Shown here piece by piece: positions 1 to 13,637 of a stretch of DNA of 64,000 bases (positions are counted from its first letter, which is position 1; each line of letters opens with the position of its first letter). Location of the stretch: positions 15,252,001-15,316,000 of the forward strand of contig NC_043010.1 of the NCBI RefSeq assembly GCF_006345805.1, given 5' to 3'. The notes under the pieces were generated by a model that was given only the letters and a program-made list of their open reading frames with translations, did no database searches and was not told the DNA's origin. This DNA is from Octopus sinensis. Taxonomy: Eukaryota. A program made the translations under genes and the position numbers.

Positions 1-271
1 TCCTTTCCACATTATACATATCGTATTTTTTCCAGGAGATATGTCCCATGTCCAGAATGTTGGACATTGGCGAGAATATCCGGTCACAATTCTTTGTTCT
101 CCCTTCTTTGAACAGAGGTTAGATAATTTAAACATGTTCAAATATTTTCTCAAATCTATTTAATTAATCTAACTTAAGTACTATATTGAATATTTTTCAT
201 CACTGCTTATTGATCAATACAACTTATACTGGTCTGTACTTATTTGGATAAAATGTAAATTTATATAGGCT

Positions 272-628
272 AAGGCATGGCCGTGAGGTAAGACGATTGC
301 TTACCAACCACATGGTTTCGGGTTCAGTCCCATTGTGTGGTACCTTAGACAAGTGTCTTCTAATATAGCCTCGGGCCAATGAATTTGATAGAAACTGAAA
401 GAAGTCCGAAAGAAGTCCGTCGTGTGTGAGTATAGATATGTGTGTGTGTGTTTGTCCCCGCGCACCAATGGGCAACCGGTGTTGGCGTGTTTATGTCTCC
501 GTAACTTAGCGGTTCGGCAAAAAACAAACAGAAATAAATCTCGCAGTCGATTCATTCAACTAAAATTTCTTCAAGGCAGTGCCCCAGCACGGCCGCAATC
601 TAATGACCGAAACAAGTAAAAGATAAAA
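272..628 (+). mobile_element. tRNA-headed SINE, family A (about 400 bp with internal (TG)n)
   Basis: A/B-box-like head (…gggttcagtccca…), body shared with about 10 other copies in the window, GTAAAA-type tail. Confidence 0.85.
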
Positions 629-1238
629 TACAGCATTCTGTCAAACGAACCTCTATGCATATGTTCCAAATTTTAGTTCCATTCGCGATCACATGTTTAG
701 AAGCAAACTTCATACATATATTTTATGACATAACATAATTGCAATTTAATATAGTTTTACTATTGTCCTCCTTATATTTTGAGGAGCTTTTACGAAATAT
801 CTCTAGTATTAGTTTTATATTTGCCATCACGTATAAATATTTTATAGTTCAATTAATTAAATTTATCTTCAATTTTGTTTCGATATTTACTTCAATAATT
901 TTCATATAAATATAACGCTTAAACCAAAAGCGCTTGACAGATGCACATACAGATACATATGTAATGGTGTACATACATATTTATATCGGTACTTAAAATC
1001 ATTAAAATACTAGAGATAATACTTTAAAATGCTATGCATAATAAATTGGTACACATATTTTAAACTAAGTAGTTATGGGAAAGTTATAAAGTAATTTTAT
1101 TTTTGATTAGGCTTTTAATACGATGAATGTCGTTGTAAGCAACACAATCTCACAGATTTCACACACGTAGAAATATACAAATATATACATACACGCACAG
1201 GCGTATATCATATACATACATACATATATATATATATG

Positions 1239-1269
<31 letters not shown>

Positions 1270-1294
1270 TAATATATATATATATATATATATA

Positions 1295-1405
1295 TAACTT
1301 GACTTAAACAGGATTCAAATAATCCTATCAGGTGGTGCTATTAAGTTAGACATGGCCTGGACCAATCATTGGTCGAAACACATCTAAGTTTATCTAAGTT
1401 TATAT
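1295..1405 (+). mobile_element. 3' terminal fragment of the CR1/L2-group LINE family
   Basis: ggtggtgctattaagttagacatggcctggaccaatc…ggtcgaaac plus (ctaagtttat)n tail, matching the reverse complement of 17812-17950. Confidence 0.85.
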
Positions 1406-1494
1406 ATTAGTATGTGTGTGTGTGTGTGTGTGTGCGCGTTTATATATTTGGTTTGCAAGATTTTTGATGTGAAATCGTGTGTTGAAATAGATAT

Positions 1495-1718
1495 TGTTGT
1501 ATTTAGGAATGGTCATTTTGCCAGTTTAGCCAATAAAAACACACGCACTATATATTTGGTGTTACTTTGCGGTCACAGGGGTGTGACGAAAGAACTCTGG
1601 TCGAAATGAGATTAAGATTAATGTAAAAAATAAATAACGCTGAAGCAAAGTAACACCAAATATATTGTGCATGTGTTTTATGGGCTAAACTGGCAAAATG
1701 ACCATTCCTAAATACAAC
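1495..1718. repeat. Imperfect inverted repeat (about 75-bp arms); a further arm copy lies at about 27098-27137
   Basis: gtatttaggaatggtcattttgccagtttagcc… versus …ggctaaactggcaaaatgaccattcctaaatac. Confidence 0.8.
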
Positions 1719-2148
1719 AACATACATGTATATATATATAAGCAAAGCATTCAAACACTGAGATTTGAAATCAGATGTCACTACTCTTCATAAATTATAA
1801 AACTGATGATATCAACAGCAGTGATAATTGGTGGATCGCAGGCGCAATCGCATTAAATAGCTACGAATTATAAATTTGCACGAAGCGTAAGGGTGCTTAA
1901 CAAGCATCTACCTGCTAGAAATAAGAGGTAAAGTCTTAAATTTATCCACCGTACCGCACAAAGTTAACACAGAAAAACAGAAAAGATTAAAACATTCCAC
2001 ATCACAAATAAAAATATTATGCAATGAGGGATATATATATATATATATATATATTATATACACACACATACATAATATAAATAATATGAATAATAATATA
2101 TGAACGAATGCCACGCATCCTTTTCCAAGTAAGCTTTCTCTCTCTCTC

Positions 2149-2181
<33 letters not shown>

Positions 2182-2186
<5 letters not shown>

Positions 2187-3665
2187 TAAACAGTAAAATT
2201 AATTACAGACATGGACAAGAACATGAAACACCACAGAGACGACACAAGAACCACAGGACGGGACATTCGAAGCCCTCAGTCATCAGTCAAGAACCAGATC
2301 ATCTTAGCAATTTCGGCTGATTAATCTTGAGATTGCTCCGAATGGCCAGCCCGCCAAGGGAAATCTAAGCCAAGCGCATTAGATCCCCTGGAAGAAAGCT
2401 TCGAATGTATACACACGAAAGGACGGAAAACGATCGAAGTACACAAACAAAAATACAGAATACGTGACACCAATAAGAATACAAAACGTAAACAATAACG
2501 GTAAAAATAAAAAAATAACAACAAACAAAACCAGGACGTAGGACAAGGGTCTTTCGACAGGACGATTTGAGTAGGGGCTGGCTTGTGAAGTTGTGCCTAA
2601 AGGCCACGGGGAGACGAACAAATACGTGTTGCTTCTGGGCTGCTGAAAACGAAAAGAGCGCTCAACAGCGGCTAGCTGTCACGTGAGAACAAAAGACAGG
2701 AGAAAGGGACAGATGAAAAGGGAGAGAAGGTGGACGAGGGAGGAGAAGAAAGAGACAGATCGAGGGGGCTGGAGGTGAGTGAGAGAGATAGAGAAAACGT
2801 AGAAAAGGGGGGGGGACGGATGAGAGGGAAGAAAGGGAAGTGGAATAAGGGAGGAGAGAGAGAGAGAGAAAAAGAGACAGATTAAGAGTCGTATCAAAGC
2901 TTGAGAAAAAAATATACTTATCGTATAAGGACAATTGTGGATACGTAGCCGCGATTATATAGGTAAACAGTAAAATTAATTACAGACATGGACAAGAACA
3001 TGAAACACCACAGAGACGACACAAGAACCACAGGACGGGAGGGACATTCGAAGCCCTCAGTCATCAGTCAAGAACCAGATCATCTTAGCAATTTCGGCTG
3101 ATTAATCTTGAGATTGCTCGATGATGGCCAGCCGCCAAGGGAAATCTAAGCAAGCGCATTAGATCCCCTGGAAGAAAGCTTCGAATGTATACAACGAAAG
3201 GACGGAAAACGATCGAAGTACACAAACAAAAATACAGAATACGTGACACCAATAAGAATACAAAACGTAAAAAACAATAACGGTAAAAATAAAAAAATAA
3301 ACAACAAACAAAACCAGGACGTAGGACAAGGGTCTTTCGACAGGACGATTGAGTAGGGGCTGGCTTGTGAAGTTGTGCCTAAAGGCACGGGGGAGACGAA
3401 CCAAATCGTGTTGCTTCTGAGGCTGCTGAAAACGAAAAGAGCGCTCACACAGCGGCGAGCTGTTCAGTTGAGAACAAAAGACAGGAGAAAGGGACAGATG
3501 AAAAGGGAGAGAAGGTGGACGATGGGAGGAGGAGAAGAAAGAGAACCGATCGAGGGGGCTGGAGGGGTGAGAGAGATAGAGAAAACGTAGAGAAAAGGGG
3601 GGGGGACGGAGGGAGAGGGAAAGAAAGGAAAGTGGCAAGGGGAATAAGGGAGGATGAGAGAGAGA
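2182..3665. repeat. Tandem duplication of a ~770-bp unit (unclassified, PLE-like interspersed repeat)
   Basis: ataggtaaacagtaaaattaattacagacatgg starts at about 2182 and again at about 2959; the copies differ mainly by 1-4 nt indels. Confidence 0.85.
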
Positions 3666-3669
3666 TAGG

Positions 3670-3856
3670 GAGATTCACGAAAATAAACAAAAGACGAAGA
3701 CAGGTGGTGTAGAAATCAAGCAGATGTATTAGTATAACGCTCAGGAATTGAAAAAGTATTTTACGTTTCGAGCCTACGCTCTTCTACAGAAAGGAACACG
3801 GAAAGAAACAAGGAGAGAAAAAAACGCGTGTAGTGGCTACCGATCTATCATGGCGA
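3670..3856 (-). mobile_element. Penelope-like terminal-repeat remnant (same family at about 17130-17265, 22765-22955 and, degraded, 27240-27330)
   Basis: Shared aagacgaagacaggtggtgta…acgtttcgagcctacgctcttc…cagaaag block, each next to a microsatellite; carries an HHR-like motif. Confidence 0.7.
3758..3793 (-). ncRNA. Minimal hammerhead-like motif, A6U core variant
   Basis: ttt-CUGUAGA-A-GAGC gtag GCTC-GAAA-CG-UA-aaa; palindromic stem III ACGT. Confidence 0.55.
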
Positions 3857-5599
3857 TATATATATATATATCAGTCTCCAATACGTTCACACACGCACGC
3901 ACAATTTAGCCTAACGCATCAACTCATATTTAAGTGTTCATAGATAAACTTTATTCACCTTTTATTCCAACGAGTTTTATAGTTTTTAATCCCCTAGCAG
4001 TCCGTCTTTACGCTTGACCGATGACTGATCGTTATTTACTCATGTCTTTATTTTTTCGTGGATATATATGTTTCATTTTTTCATTTTTCATTTTGTTTTA
4101 TATATTCATATTCGTAGTAAAATTTCATTCTTTCGTATAGTTTTTATGTTTTTACTCTTAATTCGCTTACGTTATTTTATCTACCAAATCTCCAACGCCT
4201 AACTTCGAATTTTATTTCTGACCTTTGACTTTACGAATCAAATTGCTGCCAATGAAGAAAGCAAGCCCTCCTTTCATTGTACACTACCTGAACAGTCAGT
4301 TTCTATTTACTAAAGCTTTCCATTTTCATTTCTATATAAACAACAAAAGAAAGTTTGCTTACGGCGTGAATAAGTCATCCAACGATACTAAAATTCCCAG
4401 TCAAAACCTATTTTATTATAAATTTGACTCTACTTGCATTGAGTTGTCCTATCTGAAAACGTCCTACTGTCAGTCATAAAATTGCTTTAAAAATATCAAA
4501 TGCTAATTTAATACATGCTCTCAAACACACAGTCACATACATACCTATGTATGTATGTATGTATGTATGTATGTATGTATGTATGTATGTATGTATGTAT
4601 GTATGTATGTATGTATGTATGTATTTATTTATGTATGTATGTATGTATGCATCATTCATGTATGTATGTATGTATGTAGGTAGGTAGGTAGGTAGGTAGA
4701 TATATGTAGGTAGGTAGGTAGGTAGGTAGGTTTTTCTGGTTTTGCGAAGCCTAATTTCTCAAGATTGGTATTTAGGCAGTGTGTGACATTATCCCAGGAC
4801 CCTAATAATTAATTAATTATGTAGGTATTTGCATATGTAATCAGTCATACACGTATATAAACTTATCCAATGAGGCAAGGGTTGGTACTCACTCCTTCTT
4901 TAAAGATATTAAGTAGTCGGACGAGATGGAGTTAATAAGGACAGTCTATAAAAATTGAAAAAAATGTAAAACGCATACACGTGCCGAGAAAGAAAGCGAA
5001 AGATTCAGAGAGAGACGTAGGAATGAGTGAGTGAATGAAAGAGAGAGAGAGAGAGGGAGGGAGAGAAGTTGGGAGAGAGAGAGAGGAACAGTAAAATGTA
5101 TTGAAATTTAACCAGATTGATATACAATGAACACCGTCCGTGCACAAATAAAGACAAATACATACATATAGACAAAAAGAGAGTAGGAGTAAGAGGAAGA
5201 GAATAAAAGAGCGAGGGTGAGGGAAAGTAATAATATAGGCTGAAATATCTAAAATGGTGTTATCATCATTTACATGCCACAAATACACAGCAAAAGTTTA
5301 TAATCGCAAGTTTATAAACAGAAAGCATTGATCAAATTTATAACTTTAAGTCAATTTTTCATTTCGGTTCAAGAACTGATTTATGATCAGGTGCCAAAAG
5401 ACGTGACACCCACCAAGCAGAAACCGTCGTCATGTCATGTTCACTGTGCACAATATTCTCAACTCTCATTCGGGATAAGCTAACATTGGCGATTTGATTT
5501 ATAGTTCATTGGTTATTTGATTTATATTTAATGTTCTTCGGAGCTAGACACCCCCACTTTTTTTTTATGCAGGAATTTGATAACACAATAATGCCAACA

Positions 5600-5860
5600 T
5601 TTACTTTTTACTTGTTTCGGTCATTTGACTAAGGACATGCTGGAACACCGCCTTTAGTCGAGCAAATCGACCCCAGGACTTATTCTTTGTAACCCTAGTA
5701 CTTACATATTCTATCGGTCTCTTTTGCCGAACAGCTAAGTGATGGGTACGTAAACACACCAGCATCGGTTGTCAAGCGATGTTGGGGGGGGGACAAACAC
5801 AAACACACAAACATATACACACACAAACATATACACACACATATATACATACACACACGC

Positions 5861-5891
<31 letters not shown>

Positions 5892-6068
5892 TACACACTT
5901 ATATACGATGGGCTTCTTTCAGTTTCCGTCTACCAAATCCACTCACAAGGCTTTGGTCGGCCCGAGGCTATAGTAGAAGACACTTGCCCAAGGTGCCACG
6001 CAGTGGGACTGAACCCGGAACCATGTGGTTCGTAAGCAAGCTACTTACCACACAGCCACTCCTACGCC
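5600..6068 (-). mobile_element. SINE family A
   Basis: Reverse complement of the family A consensus, full length. Confidence 0.9.
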
Positions 6069-6394
6069 ATACATACATAATACATACATACATGCATACA
6101 TACATGCTTACATACATATATACATCTGTATGTAACTGTGTGTTTGAGCATGTATTAAATTAATTTGCTCAAGGTCCCACGCAGTGGGACTGAACCCAGA
6201 ACCATGTGGTTGGTAAGTAAGCCAAGAGAAATCACTACTAATTACGTTTGAGATCTTCTTTGAATAGGCAGATGTCACTTTAGCTAAAGGGGAATAATGC
6301 AGTTATTAATAAGTAGACTTGAAGTTAAAGTATGCAAGATTTCATAGTAGCAGCATCAGTCCTTCATAGTCAGCCTATGAACTTTTCAGCCCAA

Positions 6395-6812
6395 CCTCGT
6401 AGAATAATCCTTTCTACTATAGGCAAAAGCCTGAAATTTTGGGCGAGAGGGCCAGTCGATAAGATTTAGCCCCATAGGCAACTGGTACTTAATTTATCGA
6501 CCCCGAAAGGATGAAAGGCAAAGTCGACCTCGGCGGAATTTAAACTCAGAACCTAACGGCAGACGAAATACTTATTTCTTTATTACCCACAAGGGGCTGA
6601 ACACAGAGAGGACAAACAAGGACAGGCAAACGGATTAAGTCGATTATATTGACCCCAGTGCGTAACTGGTACTTAATTTATCGACCCCGAAAGGATGAAA
6701 GGCAAAGTCGACCTCGGCGGAATTTGAACTCAGAACGTAACGGCAGACGAAATACGGTTACGCATTTCACCCGGCGTGCTAACGTTTCTGCCAGCTCGCT
6801 AACCATGCTGCC
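6395..6812 (-). mobile_element. SINE family B, head-to-tail dimer
   Basis: Two units of actggtacttaatttatcgaccccgaaaggatgaaaggcaaagtcgacctcggcggaattt…; B-box gagttcaaattcc on the minus strand. Confidence 0.85.
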
Positions 6813-7139
6813 AGCTCGCTGCTTTCATCCTCGTGGAATAATAAAACAATTTTACCGAGCAAAAACGTCTCAGGGTTAAAACAACCATTCGATGTCCAGT
6901 ATTAAATTAGCGAGACCAAATGAATGGGGAAAATAGATCGCGATAAACGTCATCAACTCTATGAAACACAATCTATAACAGGCAGAATATGAGCCAGCGA
7001 ATCAGTGTTTGACTGTGCAGCGCCTTTATTTGACCATGGCTCAGTGGTTAGAAGTGCCACGAGTTCAAATTGTACTGAACTCAATTTTGGATCTCAGTCT
7101 TTCATGGTGATATTATTTGATATAGTGTATCGATATATT

Positions 7140-7440
7140 CCGAAAGTACGTGGGTCAGTGGTTAGGGTGTCAGGCTTACAGTCATGAAGTTGTGAGTTCG
7201 ATTCCTGGACCGGGCTGTGTGTAGTGTTCTTGAGCATGACACTTTATTTCACTGGTGCCAAACTGTATCGACCTTTGCCCTTCCCTTCGATAACATCGGT
7301 GGCGTGGAATAAGAAGGCTGGTGTGCATGGACGACTGTTGGTCTTCCATAAAGAACCATGCCCAGACTTGTGCTTCGGAGGGGAATCTTTTAGTTGCAAT
7401 CCTATAGCCATTTATGACTGAAGGGGGTCTTTACCCTTTA
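7140..7440 (+). mobile_element. SINE family D (CORE-like), internally deleted
   Basis: cagtggttag…gagttcgattcc head followed by gtgttcttgagcatgacactttatttca. Confidence 0.75.
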
Positions 7441-7826
7441 CTCGTTACAACATACACCTCAAAAATAGCTGATTCTTCCCCTAGAAACCCACTTAAATAG
7501 GGAGACTAGAAGTATTTGTAAGGCAGTTTTTATCGTCTATGCTATATCATTATGAAAGGAGAATACATATTCTCCCGTTATAAAAGCTCTTCATATAATA
7601 GTGACTGTTAAGAAGGAAAACACAATCGCTTGCGGTAAAGTCTTATCAAACCCCAGACTGTTGGCTAGGCAGCTCAAAGAATAGGCTTTTTAGATCATTG
7701 AAGACACAAATATACGGTTTATCAAGTAGTTGTTCTGTAAGCTTGAAAGAGCAAGGACAGGCTGATCAACTGCAGAGCATGTACATACAAGAAAATTCAT
7801 CTATTTAAATATCTCTCTCTCTTTTC

Positions 7827-7858
<32 letters not shown>

Positions 7859-7890
7859 ATCTATCTATCTATCTATCTACCTACCTACCT

Positions 7891-8408
<518 letters not shown>

Positions 8409-9529
8409 TATATATATTACTTAATATATATGTATATATGTATGTAAAAACGTAGATATTTCTCAGCCCAGGTTTGTGTTTACACACAAGCATAGAGCTA
8501 TTAATATAATGCCAGTAAGTCTAGGAAAACAATCAGTAGCAAATAAATTTAATATTCTCATAAAAATCATTAAAAATACACATCTTATACTTCCTCTTCA
8601 TATGAAAGAAGGAACAATGGGAGACTGAAATGTTAAAACGAGGATACAAACCATGTAAAGAAGTTAAAATGTATAACGGAAGATAAAATGAAAATGGATC
8701 TCCAGAAATTACCTAGAACATAATAGGGAGAAACGCTTTCTTTATTATTGCCCTTCAAGATTGGACAGAATGGGAAAAGCCAACATGAAATTCAACTATC
8801 AGTCGAGAGCTCTCACGTAAAGGCGAAAAAAATAAATGAAGAATTAGTTTTTGTTGTACACTATCAATTATTATTCACAAAATATTACAGACGTAATATA
8901 AAATAAGAAATTGGAAATTACATCGATAAATCTACTGATATAATTGTAGAATATGATTGTTCATTAGACAATGTAATAGCCATTAGGATTTGAGTGGCTT
9001 GGCCAGAGATGCAATAACATCGTGTACAACGTTTATAGAAACAGCCGAGGCTGTGAGGAAGAGAGGGAAGAGAAAACAGGACTGAATATGGAGCAGATAA
9101 TCACGATACACGTATTAACATCAGACAATGATAAAATTTGATCCTATACTTTCAAGGGACAACGGGGGAAAAGAAAGGGACAACTACACAAGAGCATATA
9201 CTGGTCATCTTGAGGGTTTTCCACCAGTTTCCGTTTCTAACTGTCACACACAAGACTTGGGTTCACTCAGCGTTAGCTTATTCGTTCTCACTTCTCCGCT
9301 ACCAACATGTATGTGCGCACGACGTTTCTATCGTGTATAGGTCTCGGTTTCAGGGTTCCCTGCCATTTCGCACCCACTTGCCTACATTCCTCCCTTATCA
9401 CCATCTCAACAACTGCACCCTCCCAATATCACCTGACGTGTATCATGCTACTATGATCACCATTCACCCACATTTTACTCATACACTATTCATACCACCC
9501 CTCTCCATGAAAACCGGCACTCAGTCGGT

Positions 9530-9838
9530 TACGATGGTAAGGGTTCCCGTTGATCCGATCAACGGAACAGCCTGCTCATGAAATTAACGTGCAAGTGGCT
9601 AAGCACTCCACAGGCACATGTACCCTTACCGTAGTTCTCAATAAGATTCAGCGTGACACAGAATGCGACAAGGCTGGCCCTTTGAAATACAAATACTTGT
9701 CAATTTTGCCAGCTGAGTGAACTGGAGCTACGCGAAATAAAGTGTCTTGCTCAAGGAAACAATGCATTACCGAGAATTGAACTCACGACCGTACGATCGT
9801 GATTTGAATACCCTAAACACTAAGCCACGCGCCTTCAC
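9530..9838 (-). mobile_element. SINE family D variant with a different tail
   Basis: CORE-like aagtgtcttgctcaagg and tRNA-like head; tail gttgatccgatcaacggaacagcctg… also occurs at about 14890-14970 and 15285-15365. Confidence 0.7.
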
Positions 9839-10164
9839 ACTCCCTTTGTATTTCTCACGTAATCGCACGCTGGATTTTTCTCGTCTCTCTTTAAGTCTAC
9901 ACTTCAACATCACTGTTGCACTTGTTTTCCTAATTAGCAATCTGTGGTATACAACTAGATCATTATATTGTTTTCCCCTCTATTTTTTCTGATGAAGGAA
10001 AAACTTTGAAACGTTAGCATTCACTTCCACCTCATTACCTAAAACGTGCTCCACTATTTCAACTATTTGCGTTATTTTCTTGCCGATATTGAATGCTCAC
10101 TAAGCTCATCTGAATTTCATCCTTTCATTACTACACGGGCATGTTTACGAGTTCAGTATTTCCA

Positions 10165-10452
10165 CATAAAGGCCTCCTCCGGCCATGAAAGACTATGTGA
10201 TTGCGTATTGAAAGAAAGTTCCCCTCCGAGGCACAAATCCAGGCAAGGCTGTTTATGGAAGAACAACAGTCGCCCATGCATACCAGCCTCTCCTCTCCAC
10301 GACTCCGGTATTATCCAAGGGTAACACAAAGGCCGATACAGCGAGTGACATCGCAACTCATTTCTACAGATGAGTGAACTGGAACAAAGTGAAATAACGT
10401 GTCTTGTGCAAGAACACAACACACAGACCGGTCCAGGAATCGAATTCACTAC
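10165..10452 (-). mobile_element. SINE family D
   Basis: Reverse-complement similarity to 10722-11062. Confidence 0.8.
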
Positions 10453-10721
10453 CTCATAATTATGGAGGTGGCGGTGGTGGTGGTGAGGATGATGATAATG
10501 ATGATGATGATGCTGACGATGATCATGTTGTTGATGAGTATTTTGGTGACTATGAAGATGAGACACTGAGCCATGCGCCCCCACATAAAAACTTAACACT
10601 ACATTGCGCAACATACACCAAATCTAGTACCTAACAAAGACACGGCTAAGCAGATCTGTGGCACAGCCCTGGAATTACGCTAAACTGATATTATGATATT
10701 TAGTGTTAGGGTACCAACACC

Positions 10722-11062
10722 TGTGAAGGCGCATGGCTCAGTGGTTAGAGCGTCGAGCTTACGATCGTGAGGTTGTGAGTTCAAATCCCGGACCAGGCTG
10801 TGTGTTGTGCTCTTGAGCAAGACACTTTATTTCACGTTGCTCCAGTTCACTCAGTTGTAGAATTCAGTTGCGACGTCACAGGTGCCAAGCTGTATCGGCC
10901 TTTGCCTTATTCCTTGGATAACACTGGTGGCATGGAGAGGAGAGGCTGGTATGCATGGGCGACTGCTGGTCTTACATAAAACAACCTTGCCCAGACTTGT
11001 GCCTGAGAGGGTAACTTTCTAGGTGCAATTCCATGGTCAGTCATGACCAAAGGGGTTCTCAG
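10722..11062 (+). mobile_element. SINE family D (tRNA head + CORE-like domain), full length
   Basis: tggctcagtggttagagcg (A box), gagttcaaatccc (B box), gtgttgtgctcttgagcaagacactttatttcacgttgctccagttcactcag. Confidence 0.85.
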
Positions 11063-11364
11063 CTCAGTAGGGTACCAAATGGCAAACATCAGAGAACCAT
11101 AGCCTTGCTATATTTTGTTTCGTTCATTCATTATATTCTCAATGCAAATCCCGTCGCGGTCAGCTTTGTGCTTTATTTGATCGCATTTGCTAGATAATTA
11201 CCAGTCATACAGATGGTATAGGGGGGTCGATATATTTTGTGACCTAATGTCTACGTTGGAAATTGTTACTTTTTATTAGTGTTGGATATCGTGTTGAAAT
11301 CGTTGTTAATGTTTGGGTATAATTATTATAGCCATTGCTATAGTTATCGCTCTTATAACTACTA

Positions 11365-11660
11365 CAATCATCATCATCATCATCTTCGTCATCATCATCA
11401 TCATCATCATCCTCATCATCATCATCAGCAGCAGCAGCAGCATCATTGTCAACGACATTCCTACCATTAAAGCTGTCGTCTTCAGCGTTGTAGTCGCCAT
11501 TCCTGTCAAAATCAATATCGCCGTTCATCATCTTCATAGTCCCCAAAATAATCATCATCACCATCATCATCATCATCGTCATCATCATTATCATCATCAC
11601 CATCATCATCATCATCATCATCATCATCGTCGTCATCATCATCATCATCATCATCATCAT

Positions 11661-11694
<34 letters not shown>

Positions 11695-11965
11695 GTCATC
11701 ATCATCATCATCATCGTCATCATCATCGTCATCATCATCATCATCATCATCATCATCTTCATCATCGTCATCACCATCGATATTGTCATGATCATCACGA
11801 CCACCAGTAACACCGACACCGCTGCCAACAAAACCACCAATACCACCACTACCACCACCACCACCACCACCACCACCACAATGAACAAAACGTCCTCTTG
11901 AATTGTTATTATGCTTAGCAGTGCTGTGTACGGTTGTTATTCTTAATATTTCTGTAACAAAATAA

Positions 11966-12029
<64 letters not shown>

Positions 12030-12298
12030 GTATCATTGTCATTATTATTATTGTTGTTGTTATTGTTGTTGTTCTTGATGTTGTTGTTATTTGTGTTAAT
12101 AATTGCCGTTATCATTATTATCATTGTTCTTATAATTGCCCTTATCGTTATTATCAATGTCACTACGAATGGCACCAACAACAGCAGCAACAACAACAAA
12201 AACAACAACAACAAAAACAACAACAACAATAATAATAATATAATAATAATAATAATAATAATAATAAAGACAATAATAATAACAATAATAATAATAAC

Positions 12299-12338
<40 letters not shown>

Positions 12339-12387
12339 TAATAATAATAATAATATTAATAAGAATAATAAGAATAATAATAATAAC

Positions 12388-12449
<62 letters not shown>

Positions 12450-12495
12450 TAATAATATTGATGAAGACGACGATGATGATGATGATGATGATATA
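11365..12495. repeat. Compound trinucleotide microsatellite (CAT)n/(ACC)n/(TAT)n/(AAC)n/(AAT)n/(GAT)n
   Basis: Direct reading; explains the poly-M/H/D/I/N ORFs. Confidence 0.95.
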
Positions 12496-12754
12496 ACATT
12501 ATTGTATTTTTCCGATTTTTCTGCTTTCATTTCATGTTAGTTTAAAAATTATTAGATATTTTATACTCTTTTGTATATCTAATGTTTGGTGGTTTATTGT
12601 TTTTCTTTTTTTCTAACTGATTTACAACGAGTGACGAAAAAAACTAATGAATATAAAAAAATTAGTTAATTACATTAGCAATGTTTTGTGTCAAAGTTCG
12701 CTATTTAAGTGGGTTTTATTACCTGAATGATTGTTCTTACACACTAATTGCTTC

Positions 12755-12785
<31 letters not shown>

Positions 12786-12803
12786 TCTTATCTGTATATG
12801 TAC

Positions 12804-12874
<71 letters not shown>

Positions 12875-13183
12875 TTATGTATATATATATATTATACATA
12901 TATACATACACATATATATACATCACAATACACGAATATATTGATATGAATATCAAAATCTATATCTAGTACACGCTCACTGTCTTCTGTGTATGGTCAC
13001 ATAAGTGTGTGTGTGTGGTGTGTGTTGTATGTATGTTCCTACGCGTGTGTGCTTGCGCGTGTGCGACACATTATGTCTATATATATAGTTTCTTTTACGC
13101 ATGGGATATCAATGCGTATGTATATATTCATGCACACGGATGTGTATATAAGTATATATATATGTGTATATATATATATATAT

Positions 13184-13239
<56 letters not shown>

Positions 13240-13525
13240 CACACACACACATATATATATAAATCATAATTTTTACACATACACACATATGCCAATATCT
13301 AATGCCTAATTATATATAATTAAATTCCTAGACGGATGATACAATACATGACTGCTTACTCATACACAGACCTACAAACACATACAGAAATTAATAACTA
13401 TAAATATATTTGTGCATGAAAACATAGACGTACATAAAATATACATAAAAACGGTACGTGTATATATATAATATATATATATATATTATATATATATATA
13501 GATAGATAGAGATAGATAGATAGAT

Positions 13526-13571
<46 letters not shown>

Positions 13572-13588
13572 GAGAGATAGATAGATAG

Positions 13589-13635
<47 letters not shown>

Positions 13636-13637
<2 letters not shown>

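Noticed and set aside
9985-10020. CTGATGA…GAAACGTTA hammerhead-like relic
   Set aside because: Stem II only weakly paired and stem I at most 2 bp; at best a dead relic.
11244-12530. Poly-Met/His/Ile/Asn/Leu ORFs, including a possible reflectin-like reading
   Set aside because: Trinucleotide microsatellite open in several frames; no reflectin motif spacing and no splice structure.
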